Origin: a bacterium
GTDB lineage: Bacteria; Bacteroidota; Ignavibacteria; UBA10030
DNA length: 64,000 nucleotides
Assembly: GCA_043803945.1 (NCBI GenBank)
Contig: JAZDJN010000056.1
Location: 24,258-88,257, forward strand
Reading direction: 5' to 3'
The notes beneath the pieces were generated by a model. The model ran no database searches and was not told the origin of the DNA. It saw nothing but the letters and a program-made list of their open reading frames with translations. Shown here piece by piece: positions 9,726-19,620 of the stretch (position 1 is the stretch's first letter; each line of letters opens with the position of its first letter). The translations under genes and the position numbers were made by a program.

Positions 9726-10559
9726 TTATACACCTGAGTACGCAGAGAATCCGCCGTCAATCGGCAGAACAATCCCCGTAACAAATTTTGAAGCAGGTGA
9801 AAGCAGCCACAGTGTCGCTCCCAGCAAATCATCCGGAGCGCCGAAGCGTCCCATCGGTGTATGATCGAGGATTTTCTTTCCCCGCGGAGTGAGCTCACCC
9901 GTCTCTTTGTCGGTCAGGAGAAATCGATTTTGATCCGTCAGAAAGAATCCGGGGGCAATGGCGTTCACGCGGATATTCGGTGAATACTCCTGCGCCATAT
10001 GGACTGCAAGCCACTGCGTAAAGTTGCTCACCGCAGCTTTTGCCGCCGAGTAGGCAGGAATTCTCGTCAACGGACGGAATGCATTCATCGAAGAGACATT
10101 GAGAATGATACCCTCCTTTTGGTTCACCATGATCTTGCCAAAAACCTGGCTTGGCAGAATTGTGCCGATCAGATTCAGGTCGGCGACGAATTTAATCGCA
10201 TCCTCGGGTAGATCGAAGAACGACTGCTGTGGATTTGTCGTGGCCTTTGGATTATTGCCGCCGGCACCATTGATGAGGCAGTCGACCTTGCCAAATGTTT
10301 TGATAACTTCATCAGCGGCTTTTTCGAGGGACTCCTTTTTGAGAACATCTCCATAGACCACAAGATGTTTTCCACAGTTCGTTTCAAACCGCTTGACAAG
10401 TTTCTCGGCCAGCGACGGATCCCGATCAACTATTACGACATTGGCGTTGCAGCTAACGAGGGCGCACGCCATTTCACCGCCAAGGACACCGGCTCCTCCT
10501 GTGATTACGACTGTGCGGCCTGTAAAATCATACATTTGCATTAAAGTATTCTTATACAT
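9726..10559 (-). CDS. uxuB: SDR-family D-mannonate oxidoreductase (fructuronate reductase, UxuB-like)
   Basis: TGGAGVLG, INGAGGNNPKATT, NVSSMNAFRPLTRIPAYSAAKAAVSNFTQWLAVH, PGFFLTDQNR, DGGFSAYSGV. These match the SDR-type mannonate dehydrogenase family. Confidence 0.88.
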   Translation of the reverse strand: MYKNTLMQMYDFTGRTVVITGGAGVLGGEMACALVSCNANVVIVDRDPSLAEKLVKRFETNCGKHLVVYGDVLKKESLEKAADEVIKTFGKVDCLINGAGGNNPKATTNPQQSFFDLPEDAIKFVADLNLIGTILPSQVFGKIMVNQKEGIILNVSSMNAFRPLTRIPAYSAAKAAVSNFTQWLAVHMAQEYSPNIRVNAIAPGFFLTDQNRFLLTDKETGELTPRGKKILDHTPMGRFGAPDDLLGATLWLLSPASKFVTGIVLPIDGGFSAYSGV

Positions 10560-10575
10560 GGTTGATCGCTCCTGA

Positions 10576-11892
10576 TTAAATTTCTACACGCTTCATTTTA
10601 GGTGCCAAGGCATTGAAGATTACCCAAGCAATGAGATAAGCTGATCCGCAAATAAGGAACATCACATAATACCCTGTTTCAATGGAGTTGAGGGCTTTAT
10701 AGTGATCAAGTAACAAGCCGGCAATTTTTGCAATGAAGATACCGCCTACGGCCCCGGCCATACCTCCAAGACCAGTAACAGAAGCAACCGCCTTCTTCGG
10801 AAACATGTCTGAAGTTGTTGTAAAAATATTTGCAGACCAGGCTTGATGTGCCGATGCCGCAATTCCGACAATGAGAATCGCAAACCAATAGCTGTATTGT
10901 CCTAATGCTTGAGCCGTTGCGACAGGCAATGCACAGAGAGCAAAGATAAGCATTGCGAGTCTTCGGGCTTTGAATACCTCCCACCCCTTTTTAATCAAAT
11001 AGCCGGAAAGCCATCCGCCGAAGATACTTCCAATGGTAGTCATTGTATAAACAACAGCAATGGGTAGCGCCAAGTCCGTCTTCGACATCCCATATTGCTT
11101 ATTCAAGAACGAAGGCAACCAGAATAAATAGAACCACCAGATAGGATCCGTTAGGAATTTGCCAACGATAAATGCCCATGTCTGACGAAAGGTGAGGAGT
11201 TTGAACCAACTAACTTTTTCCTTCTCCAGTGATTCAGGAACTACTTCATCGAGATCGCTGTGAATATAATCGAACTCGGCTTTCAATAATTTGCTGTGCT
11301 TGCTGGGGATTTCATACATGGCAAACCAGAAAAACAACCAAAGTAGTCCGATGGCACCGGTAAGAATGAATGCCCATTCCCATCCCCACCACATAGCAAT
11401 TAACGGCACGGTTAACGGTGCGATGATCGCACCCACGTTCGTGCCTGAATTAAAAATTCCTGTTGCCAGGGCACGTTCTTTCTTTGGAAACCATTCTGCA
11501 ACAGTTTTTATTGCTGATGGGAAATTTCCCGCTTCACTGATACCTAAAACTCCGCGAGCAACCATGAAACCCAAGGTATTGCGCGCAAAAGCATGACCAA
11601 TCGCAGCAAAGCTCCAGATCAGAAGCGATAAAGCATACCCTATTTTTGTTCCTATTTTATCGATGATCCAGCCAACACCGAGCATACCAATCGCGTATGA
11701 AATTTGAAATACAATGATGATATCAGCGTAATCCGACTCTGACCATCCAAAGAGCGGTTCAAGATAATCGTCTTTTAGCAAGCTGATGACCTGGCGATCG
11801 AGATAGTTAATGGTTGTGGCAAAGAAAACCAGTGCCAAGATAACCCAGCGGTAGTGGCCGATTTTTTTCTGCATTCCGGCTTGTTCTGTCAT
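10576..11892 (-). CDS. exuT: MFS hexuronate transporter (ExuT-like)
   Basis: YRWVILALVFFATTINYLDRQ, EAGNFP, EWFPKKERALATGIFNSG, DPIWWFYLFWLP, AHQAWSAN; about 12 hydrophobic segments. Confidence 0.92.
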   Translation of the reverse strand: MTEQAGMQKKIGHYRWVILALVFFATTINYLDRQVISLLKDDYLEPLFGWSESDYADIIIVFQISYAIGMLGVGWIIDKIGTKIGYALSLLIWSFAAIGHAFARNTLGFMVARGVLGISEAGNFPSAIKTVAEWFPKKERALATGIFNSGTNVGAIIAPLTVPLIAMWWGWEWAFILTGAIGLLWLFFWFAMYEIPSKHSKLLKAEFDYIHSDLDEVVPESLEKEKVSWFKLLTFRQTWAFIVGKFLTDPIWWFYLFWLPSFLNKQYGMSKTDLALPIAVVYTMTTIGSIFGGWLSGYLIKKGWEVFKARRLAMLIFALCALPVATAQALGQYSYWFAILIVGIAASAHQAWSANIFTTTSDMFPKKAVASVTGLGGMAGAVGGIFIAKIAGLLLDHYKALNSIETGYYVMFLICGSAYLIAWVIFNALAPKMKRVEI

Positions 11893-11948
11893 AAAATTTA
11901 TCGTGTTAGTGATGGTTGTGAGTGGTTGTATTTTAAGACATCCAGTAC

Positions 11949-13364
11949 CTATGTTGCATCAAATCCAAAATACTCCTTTGCATTCCTGTAGCAAATATCC
12001 GAGACCATGCTGCCGACGAGGGAAAGATCATTCGGGAGCATTCCTTTTTCCATTTCCTCTCCCAGCAGGTTGCATAAGACCCGGCGGAAATACTCGTGAC
12101 GCGGATACGAGAGAAAACTTCGTGAATCGGTCAACATACCGACGAAGCGGCTCAGCAAACCCATGTTCGACAATGCTTGTAGTTGACGTTCAATGCCATC
12201 TTTTTGATCGAGGAACCACCAGCCGCTGCCGTACTGCATTTTCCCGGGACTTGTTCCATCCTGGAAATTGCCGATCATTGTTGCCATCAATTCATTGTCG
12301 CGTGGATTTAAATTATAGAGAATCGTTTTGGCCAGTTTGTCATTGTTCGCCAGTCGTCCGAGCAATTTTGCCAACGGCCGGGCAATTTCGAAATCGCCAA
12401 TCGTATCATATCCGGTATCCGGTCCGAGCACCCTGAACGAATGCGGATTGACATTTCGGAGTGCACCGATGTGGAACTGCTGGGTCCATCCCTTCTCCGC
12501 ATCCATCACACCAAAGAGGTACAACATTGCAGATTTAAATTGAAGCACTTCGGCAGTGCTCAGTGTTTTCTGACTGAGAGCTTTTCCGAAGATGTTTTCA
12601 ACTTCCTGTTGGGTGTACTCTTCGGCATAAATCGTTTCAACGCCGTGATCCGAAAGCCGGCAGCCATTTGCATGAAAATAATCATGCCGGCGGTTCAATG
12701 CATCGAGGTATTGGGAAAAATTGGTGATATGGCTGTTTGCCGCCTCACCGAGTTTGTTCACCCAGCCGGCAAAGGCTTCTGTGTTTTCAACCATCATCCC
12801 CTTGTCGGGCCTGAATGCCGGAAGCATCCGGAACGGTACTTTCGATTGCCGGCAAAGCGCCTGGTGGTATTCCAGCGTATCGATGGGATCATCGGTCGTG
12901 CACACCACCTTCACGTTCATTTGTTTGAGAATTCCCTGTGTGGAGAATTTATCGCTCTTCAGTTTCCGGTTGCATTCATTCCAGATTGATTTCGCCGTCT
13001 TACTGTTCAATAATTTGTCGGAGATGCCAAAGGGGCTCTTCAACTCCATATGCGTCCAATGATAGAGCGGGTTTCTCAGTGTTTTTGGAACAGTGTCTGC
13101 CCACGCCAGAAATTTCTCCCAGTCCGAGGCATCGCCGGTGATAAATCGTTCGTCGACGCCGTTGGCCCGCATCGCCCGCCATTTATAGTGGTCGCCGAAC
13201 AACCACATTTGTGTCATGTTATCAAACTTCCTGTTCTCCGCAATATCTTTTGGTGAGAGATGGCAATGATAATCAATAATGGGCTGCCCCTCTGCGTAGG
13301 TATGATAGAGTTTGATGGCAGTCTTTGAATTCAGGAGAAAGTTCTTCGTGATAAAAGTCCTCAT
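11949..13364 (-). CDS. uxaC: Uronate (glucuronate/galacturonate) isomerase
   Basis: PIIDYHCHL, GDHYKWRAMR, NPLYHWTH, TTDDP, FRPDK, SDHG, GSGWWFLDQ, GMLTDSRSFLSYPRHEYFRR. Confidence 0.98.
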   Translation of the reverse strand: MRTFITKNFLLNSKTAIKLYHTYAEGQPIIDYHCHLSPKDIAENRKFDNMTQMWLFGDHYKWRAMRANGVDERFITGDASDWEKFLAWADTVPKTLRNPLYHWTHMELKSPFGISDKLLNSKTAKSIWNECNRKLKSDKFSTQGILKQMNVKVVCTTDDPIDTLEYHQALCRQSKVPFRMLPAFRPDKGMMVENTEAFAGWVNKLGEAANSHITNFSQYLDALNRRHDYFHANGCRLSDHGVETIYAEEYTQQEVENIFGKALSQKTLSTAEVLQFKSAMLYLFGVMDAEKGWTQQFHIGALRNVNPHSFRVLGPDTGYDTIGDFEIARPLAKLLGRLANNDKLAKTILYNLNPRDNELMATMIGNFQDGTSPGKMQYGSGWWFLDQKDGIERQLQALSNMGLLSRFVGMLTDSRSFLSYPRHEYFRRVLCNLLGEEMEKGMLPNDLSLVGSMVSDICYRNAKEYFGFDAT

Positions 13365-13436
13365 CGAGTAAACTCCTTGTTGTTCATACTTATTGAACGT
13401 ATTTGAGTGTTATTGATAAATGTCAAATTCTACACA

Positions 13437-13462
13437 ATCACGATATTCATTGCTATCGTGAT
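13437..13462. promoter_or_regulatory. Inverted repeat upstream of uxaC, candidate regulator site or hairpin
   Basis: ATCACGATA-N8-TATCGTGAT, perfect 9-bp arms, next to a minus-strand TTGACA (13421-13426) in an AT-rich intergenic region. No convincing -10. Confidence 0.35.
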
Positions 13463-13591
13463 GGCAACTACTTATTTCAAATTTTTCTTTTCGCGTTGTG
13501 TGAAATCCTCATCTTATTTTTACTTTATTGATGACGCTGTTTTTTCTCTCCCATCAACAACAATCAAAGAGTATCAAAATAACCATATTGG

Positions 13592-14860
13592 TTATTGCGT
13601 TGTAAAGTGCCAGAGCGGACCTGAAAGCGTATCCTTCTCTGTAATTTCATTCACCCGCCAGTAATAAGTCGTTTTACTCTCAAGGATCCCTGTATTGAAC
13701 ACCGTTTGTTGTTGATTGCCTTGAAATTCAGGATTGGTACTTTTTCCGAAATAGACATTGTGCGATACTGCATTTCGTGTCGCTACCCATTGCAGCAGAG
13801 AATTCTCGGCCGGTATTCGATACGATCCATCACGCGGCTTCGGCTGGAACACATAGGGCAGAACAGCGGGCATCGTTCCTTCCGGATCCCACTTCCCTGC
13901 AAATGTCCATTTTGCTGTGATGTCACTTTCTTTCGGCGAGCCCTCAGCCGTCGAGAGATTATCCCGAAACCAATCGTAGTCCCCGCCTTCCCGATGACAA
14001 TTATAATAGTAGTGGCGCTCGCCCCATTTCCAGGTCCGGGCGTTGGGCGATACGGGAAGATAAATCTGCCGGTCGGCCATCGATCGGGAGAAGATGCAAT
14101 CGAGAAGATAGGTCTGGCCATCCCGGTGATGCCGGCCCAGCGGAAAGTTTGGAACTCCGTCGAAACTCGAATACCGGATCACAAATTTCTGATCCTTGTC
14201 ATAGCCACCATCATGCCAGAGTGAGGCACTGAGGTTGTGGCCGAAAAATTTACTGTCGGTAATGTAGCACCATCCGCGCGGACAGACATAATCGACCCAC
14301 CCTTCAAAGGAACAATCGGCATGGTAGTACATTCCCGTCTCTTTGTCCCATAAACTTACCGTGTCACCTCCATCCGCAATGACCGTGCAGGCAAGAATGA
14401 TGATACGCGTGCCTTCGCCGCGGATAGCAAATTGGTGCTCCGCGGTGTTATGGAGCGATCCATAGTTATTATGGATTGTGAGGTTCGCAAGGATGAGATC
14501 GGTGACAGTTGAATCGATGTTGACTGTTGCCGATCCCCAATCGCTTCCGTTCTGTGCCGCAATCCAGTTCTTCCGGAGCTCCGGGAAGACAATCCGTGTG
14601 CTGTCGCGGCTCTCGCCGACAAGTGTGACATAACTTTTTTGAATGAACAGCTTTTCCTGATAGAGGCCATTCTTTATGAGGATGATGATTGGGGATGCAT
14701 TACTTGCCGGGATCGAGTTCAGAGCATCCTGGATAGACCGGTAGTGGCCGCTGCCGTCCTGGGCAACAATAATATGAGCACGCTCTCCGGTCGATCCGAA
14801 GACCAGCAGAGGAAGTAAAACAAGAAGCTGCAAATATTTTTTTAGGACAACCTTTATCAC
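13592..14860 (-). CDS. Pectin methylesterase (CE8) with C-terminal FN3-like domain
   Basis: IIVAQDGSGHYRSIQDAL, IKNGLYQEK, GGDTVSLW, EGWVDY, LGRHH. C-terminal LQW...VYFG...TTYYWRV repeat-type domain. Signal peptide. Confidence 0.88.
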   Translation of the reverse strand: MIKVVLKKYLQLLVLLPLLVFGSTGERAHIIVAQDGSGHYRSIQDALNSIPASNASPIIILIKNGLYQEKLFIQKSYVTLVGESRDSTRIVFPELRKNWIAAQNGSDWGSATVNIDSTVTDLILANLTIHNNYGSLHNTAEHQFAIRGEGTRIIILACTVIADGGDTVSLWDKETGMYYHADCSFEGWVDYVCPRGWCYITDSKFFGHNLSASLWHDGGYDKDQKFVIRYSSFDGVPNFPLGRHHRDGQTYLLDCIFSRSMADRQIYLPVSPNARTWKWGERHYYYNCHREGGDYDWFRDNLSTAEGSPKESDITAKWTFAGKWDPEGTMPAVLPYVFQPKPRDGSYRIPAENSLLQWVATRNAVSHNVYFGKSTNPEFQGNQQQTVFNTGILESKTTYYWRVNEITEKDTLSGPLWHFTTQ

Positions 14861-14902
14861 ATTATTCCTTTTTGGACATTCTCTCGTTCAAACCTTCACA
14901 CC

Positions 14903-16600
14903 TTACTGTATTGTTACTGCTCCCTTTCGTTCTTTCTCTTTGAAAAAAACTGGAACTTTTATTTTCGAAAGATCAACCTTGTTCACCACGATGCCATTTG
15001 TTTCATCATCCAATACGGCAATTCCCGTCTCCGCCGAAGGAGAAACCGTACCATCCTTGATGGTCATATTCTTTGCACCGAGGAATGCAAACGCAGGGCC
15101 ACTGGTTGTTTTTAATGTAAACCGATTCAGCATCCAACCTTCGGTATCGGCAAAGAAAGCACCGTACTGTGCACTGATGGTGACATCGGTCAGCGTAATG
15201 TTTTTGATCGGCGATTCCGGAACGCCAAACACTGCAAGAGCCCTCTTTGCGCCGGTGCAGACAATATTCCGGATTGAGAAATCCCTGAAGTAAGGTGTCC
15301 GGTTTGTGACCGGTTCCTGCTTGCGCCATCCCTCGCTTTGGACGCGCGTTTCGGTATTCCCCTCTTCATAATAGTAGTCGAAGAGAATGGCATCGGTGGC
15401 AATGTTCTTCATACGGATACCATCAATATATATTTTCTCTGTGATGCCACCGCGATCCCGCGTCGTCTTGAACCGGAGACCGATATCGGTATCGATGAAT
15501 GTACAGTTCCGGACTGAGACATTGCGCGTACCGCCGTACGATTCCGAACCGATAACAAATCCCCCATGGGCACGGTAGACGATGCAATCAGCGATGACGA
15601 TATTTTCACAAGCTACTTTCCAATCTTTTCTCGATCCAAACCCGCCGGGTTTCAGACAAATCCCATCATCACCCACATCAACAACCGTCTTGTAAATCAG
15701 CACCTGATGGCTCGAGGCAATATCGATCCCATCGCCATTCTGTGCGTTCCATGGATTGCGCACCGTAATGTTTCTGATGATCAAATGTTCGCACTCCATT
15801 GGATGGATGTTAAACCGCGGGGAATTTCGAAATGTCGGACCATCCAGTAATACTCTTGTGCAACCTACGATCTCCACCATATCAGGGCGCAGGAATTCCC
15901 GCGCTTTGCTGAAGTCTTTTGCTGTGGGATCTTTTTTTTGCACTTGTAATTCTTTGAGGTACTTCTCTCCGTTCATCGCTTCTTTTGATGGCCACCATTC
16001 CGTGCCCTTCTCATTCACCACCCCGCCCGATTTGATTAATTCCTTCCATTCCCGTTCTGTATATTTTTCCTTTTTCACGTAGCGCCATACTTCTCCTGAA
16101 CCATCGATCACTCCTTCGCCGGTGATGGCGATGTCAGTCAACGCGAATCCCGAGATGGGCGGTGTATAGCGAAATGATTTCGAAGTCGGTGTTCGCCGGA
16201 TGACAGGAAAATCGTCAATGCTCTTGCTAAAGAGAATCATTGCACCGCGTTCCAGATGGAGATCAATCTTGCTCGCAAGCTGAATGGGGCCCGTCAGCCA
16301 GAGTCCCGAAGGAACGACGACATGGCCGCCGCCGGCTTTTGCACATGACTGAATTGCTTCGGCAAATGCACGTGTGTTCATAGTGAGGCCGTCGCCCACC
16401 GCACCAAACTCGAGGATAGTGACAGAGCGATCGGGAATTTCCGGAAACTGCAACTCAGGCATTGTAAAGGGAAGGTTCGCGGTATAGGCCTGCAGTTCCT
16501 TTTTATCACGGTTCAGAGGCTGGGCCTTCAGATGCTGTGCGATCATTCCCATCATGAGGCAGCCAATCATTATTGTGACAACTATTCTGTGATACTTCAT
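14903..16600 (-). CDS. Glycoside hydrolase family 28 (polygalacturonase)
   Basis: FGAVGDG, GLWLTGPI, NGDGID, GDDGICLK, HGGFVIGSE, GLRFKT. Signal peptide. Confidence 0.95.
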   Translation of the reverse strand: MKYHRIVVTIMIGCLMMGMIAQHLKAQPLNRDKKELQAYTANLPFTMPELQFPEIPDRSVTILEFGAVGDGLTMNTRAFAEAIQSCAKAGGGHVVVPSGLWLTGPIQLASKIDLHLERGAMILFSKSIDDFPVIRRTPTSKSFRYTPPISGFALTDIAITGEGVIDGSGEVWRYVKKEKYTEREWKELIKSGGVVNEKGTEWWPSKEAMNGEKYLKELQVQKKDPTAKDFSKAREFLRPDMVEIVGCTRVLLDGPTFRNSPRFNIHPMECEHLIIRNITVRNPWNAQNGDGIDIASSHQVLIYKTVVDVGDDGICLKPGGFGSRKDWKVACENIVIADCIVYRAHGGFVIGSESYGGTRNVSVRNCTFIDTDIGLRFKTTRDRGGITEKIYIDGIRMKNIATDAILFDYYYEEGNTETRVQSEGWRKQEPVTNRTPYFRDFSIRNIVCTGAKRALAVFGVPESPIKNITLTDVTISAQYGAFFADTEGWMLNRFTLKTTSGPAFAFLGAKNMTIKDGTVSPSAETGIAVLDDETNGIVVNKVDLSKIKVPVFFKEKERKGAVTIQ

Positions 16601-16676
16601 AGTATCTGCGCTTTCAATATGATTTAGGATTCACTCAGCATATTCAATAGCCCAACGCTTATTTTCTTTCCAATAT

Positions 16677-16806
16677 GAGGTCGTCTATAAAGAAAAAACA
16701 CTAGGGCGTCACGAACCACTTCGTGACGCAAAATACGAAAAACATTCAGGTTTAATGTGTCACGGTGTGGACCGTGACACCCTTGGCGTCCTTTTTAGTC
16801 AGCCTC
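16677..16806 (-). repeat. MITE/REPIN-like element copy A (reverse orientation)
   Basis: Ends GAGGTCGTCTATAAAG / CTTTTTAGTCAGCCTC. 24-nt hairpins GCGTCACGAA-CCAC-TTCGTGACGC (16706-16729) and GTGTCACGGT-GTGG-ACCGTGACAC (16757-16780), 27-nt spacer. Confidence 0.9.
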
Positions 16807-16913
16807 GAGATATTCCTCATACAACAACATTTCATTAATCAGGTTATTCTGCATTTTGTTAGACATGAAAATCACATTGAGGCTGTGATGATCACACTGA
16901 GCAATTACTTGGA

Positions 16914-17957
16914 TTATTTCTTTCTTGATCCGGCAATTTTCCTAACGCAGGTTTTGCATAGCACCAGCTTAGTCGGCAGAGTGATATGCTGATACACAAA
17001 CTCCTCCTTGTTTCTAAGATTTTCGAGCGTCAGATCAAATGCTTTTCGTCCCAATTCCGTCGTTGGTTGTTCAACATAACTCATCGGCGGTGAGAGAAAT
17101 TGATTCAAGCCGCTATTGCCAAAGCAGATGAGGTCAATATCGTCGGGGATTTTCAATCCCAATTCTTCCGCCGCACGATACACGCCCAGCGCTACAGGGA
17201 ACGTAACGGCGAAAATAAATTCCGGCATGCTGCCGGCCTCATACATTTTAATAAACCCGCGATAGCCATCATCTTCACTGAATCCTCCGAACGTAACCCA
17301 CTCCGGACGAAGAGAGACACCATTATCTTTTAACGAAGTTTCAAAGCCCTTAAACCGTTCTTTGCCGATATTTGTATGCTGATATCCGCCGATGTGCCCC
17401 AATTTTTTATACCCGATGCTGATGGCCTGTTCCGTTGCGGCATAGGCGCCGCCACGGTCATCGGCCACAACAGTGTTGAATCCTTTCAGGTTTACCACGC
17501 GATCCATAAAAATAATCGGGACTCCCATTTTCTTCACTGTCTCAAAAATCGAATAATCTTTCGTCTGCTGCGTGACCGAGACGATCATGCCATCGACACG
17601 CATGGAGAGCAGCGATTGAACGTGGCGCAATTCTTTCTCGACACTTTCCTGGGAAACGGTCAGAATGATTTCATAATTATTCTGAAATGCTGCGTCATAA
17701 ATAGACTCAATGACAGACGAAAAGAAGAAGTGGGCAATCTTAGGTACAATGAGCCCGATGGTATTGGTTTTCCGTGACGAGAGATTTCTTGCATGAAAAT
17801 TGGGGTAGTATCCCATATCGCGGGCAATTTTTTTCACCTTCTTTGCGGTAAGTTCGGAAATATCCGGGTGGCCGCGAAGCGCCTTGGATACGGTAACCTT
17901 TGTGACTCCAAGCTTCTTGGCAATATCACTCAACGTTACTTGAAATCCCTTTTTCAT
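16914..17957 (-). CDS. LacI-family transcriptional regulator
   Basis: VTLSDIAKKLGVTKVTVSKAL HTH, YYPNFHARNL hinge, RVDGMI, IPDDIDLICF, VEQP. Confidence 0.95.
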   Translation of the reverse strand: MKKGFQVTLSDIAKKLGVTKVTVSKALRGHPDISELTAKKVKKIARDMGYYPNFHARNLSSRKTNTIGLIVPKIAHFFFSSVIESIYDAAFQNNYEIILTVSQESVEKELRHVQSLLSMRVDGMIVSVTQQTKDYSIFETVKKMGVPIIFMDRVVNLKGFNTVVADDRGGAYAATEQAISIGYKKLGHIGGYQHTNIGKERFKGFETSLKDNGVSLRPEWVTFGGFSEDDGYRGFIKMYEAGSMPEFIFAVTFPVALGVYRAAEELGLKIPDDIDLICFGNSGLNQFLSPPMSYVEQPTTELGRKAFDLTLENLRNKEEFVYQHITLPTKLVLCKTCVRKIAGSRKK

Positions 17958-18015
17958 CTGCGTCCTTTTCTGGATGACTCATGGATCCTGATCATATCGC
18001 TGTCCCCTGCGCAGT

Positions 18016-19584
18016 TCAGGAATTTAATTGCCTGAGCGGCTTGAGATGGCGTTCAAAATGTTTAATAAGACATTGATAGTGCACCTCTTCGTTCTTCTTC
18101 AGACACTCCATAAGGCGATCTTGAAAGATCAGGCGGCCGTGCTCATCTTTCGAGGAGAGAATCGTACCAAAGGTCACATGCAGAATCTGACGGGCATTCT
18201 CTTCCATTAACAATGATTGCAGTTCAGCATCCGTGTACTCACAGGCTCGCTTCATTTTTGCAATCTCGGCTGTCACATGATACGATTGCCGGTCATTCTG
18301 ATAGTGTGCTCGGGCATAGTCGAGAATTTCCCTGAAGAGCTGCGGTTCTGCGATTGCGATGGCACGCAGCGCTTCGAGCCAGCTTGTGCCGGCAGTTTTG
18401 ACATGCACCGCACCGGATTTCAATGAACCGACAGCTTCATAGACAAGGAACTTATCGCTTCCCGAATGAATACTGATTTTGTACGGACCGGAATATTGGG
18501 CAATCAGCAGATGTTTTCGATACTCTTTCGTAAACTCGCAAAGGTCGCCTTTATATTCGATTCCCTTTTCGAAATCACCAATGAACCGCGGCGCCAGACT
18601 GACCAGCGTTATGTGAAGACGCTTACATTCATTTGCAATAATAAAATGTTCAAGCGGAGATGTCGGCGTATCGGTCTCATCCACCGAAAGCTCAATTTCG
18701 TACGGTTTGCTTCCCCATTTCTGTTTCAGGTGATTGGCAAGTACAACTGTCTGCGCGATGGCAGCGCCATATTTTACCAATGCCCTGAGGACTAGATCGG
18801 TTTCTGGAACGAGCACAAAATCGTCGGCAAACGTGAATTGCTGCCCGGCATAGCGGTCAACCATGGATTCCAGCGAATCCTGCAGCAGGTTCCATGGCAA
18901 TGCGGCGGCTCGCTGTTTCACTTCTTCCAAAGGCATCCGGGCAGCTTCATTCACTACATGAGCACCGATATCCAGGGTGAACATTGTAAATCCGACACTT
19001 GCGTAGCGGTCAATATCGGCGGAGGTTTTCAAATGATCGCCATCCGCTCCGAAGCCGTCTTTGTATCCCTCCTGGAACACAGCCCAGGTTGCTGCATCCA
19101 TAACGTCGCCGGCTTCCCGTTTTGTCCGCTCCAGCTCACGTACGGATTGCTGTGCAAGAATCGGTTTGAAGCCGCTGCCTGTCATTGCACGAAGATGTCC
19201 GGCATTGGCAATTCCAAGACGATCGCCGCACCCGAGTGAATTGTGCAGGCCAAGGACCGTAGGGCACGTGAAGGGAAAGAGCATTCTCAATGAATCGGCA
19301 TTGCGATGATGCATCGGGCAAAGTTTCACAGTCGCTGACTTATTTCCACCTGAGTATGTGAACAATATTCCTTCGAAGAGACGGGATACTTCAGTTTCTT
19401 TTTCCTCTGTCAGAATACAGAGAAATTTTTCCGAGCCGTTCTTCCCGACAAAGATGAATGTGTTATCAACCCCCTGAACCGATTTTGGATAGACCGTCAG
19501 TTGGATCTGCGATGTGAGCGAGAGTTCAGCCGGAGTTGTGCTCTGGTTTGGATTCGGTTGTGGAAGAATATCTTGGATGCTCAT
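18016..19584 (-). CDS. uxaE: Tagaturonate/fructuronate epimerase
   Basis: SLGCGDRLG, AQQSVRELERT, GADGDHLK, ELSVDET, LAPRFIGDFEKGIEY, KISIHSGSDKF, HVKTAGTSWLEA, RQILHVTFG. Confidence 0.93.
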   Translation of the reverse strand: MSIQDILPQPNPNQSTTPAELSLTSQIQLTVYPKSVQGVDNTFIFVGKNGSEKFLCILTEEKETEVSRLFEGILFTYSGGNKSATVKLCPMHHRNADSLRMLFPFTCPTVLGLHNSLGCGDRLGIANAGHLRAMTGSGFKPILAQQSVRELERTKREAGDVMDAATWAVFQEGYKDGFGADGDHLKTSADIDRYASVGFTMFTLDIGAHVVNEAARMPLEEVKQRAAALPWNLLQDSLESMVDRYAGQQFTFADDFVLVPETDLVLRALVKYGAAIAQTVVLANHLKQKWGSKPYEIELSVDETDTPTSPLEHFIIANECKRLHITLVSLAPRFIGDFEKGIEYKGDLCEFTKEYRKHLLIAQYSGPYKISIHSGSDKFLVYEAVGSLKSGAVHVKTAGTSWLEALRAIAIAEPQLFREILDYARAHYQNDRQSYHVTAEIAKMKRACEYTDAELQSLLMEENARQILHVTFGTILSSKDEHGRLIFQDRLMECLKKNEEVHYQCLIKHFERHLKPLRQLNS

Positions 19585-19620
19585 TGATTATTCTTTCTAG
19601 AAGTTTACTACGTTTTGTTT

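Noticed and set aside
16706-16780. Hairpin-spacer-hairpin units considered as mini-CRISPR arrays
   Set aside because: Only two units per locus, inverted rather than direct, spacers related to one another, and no cas genes in the window.
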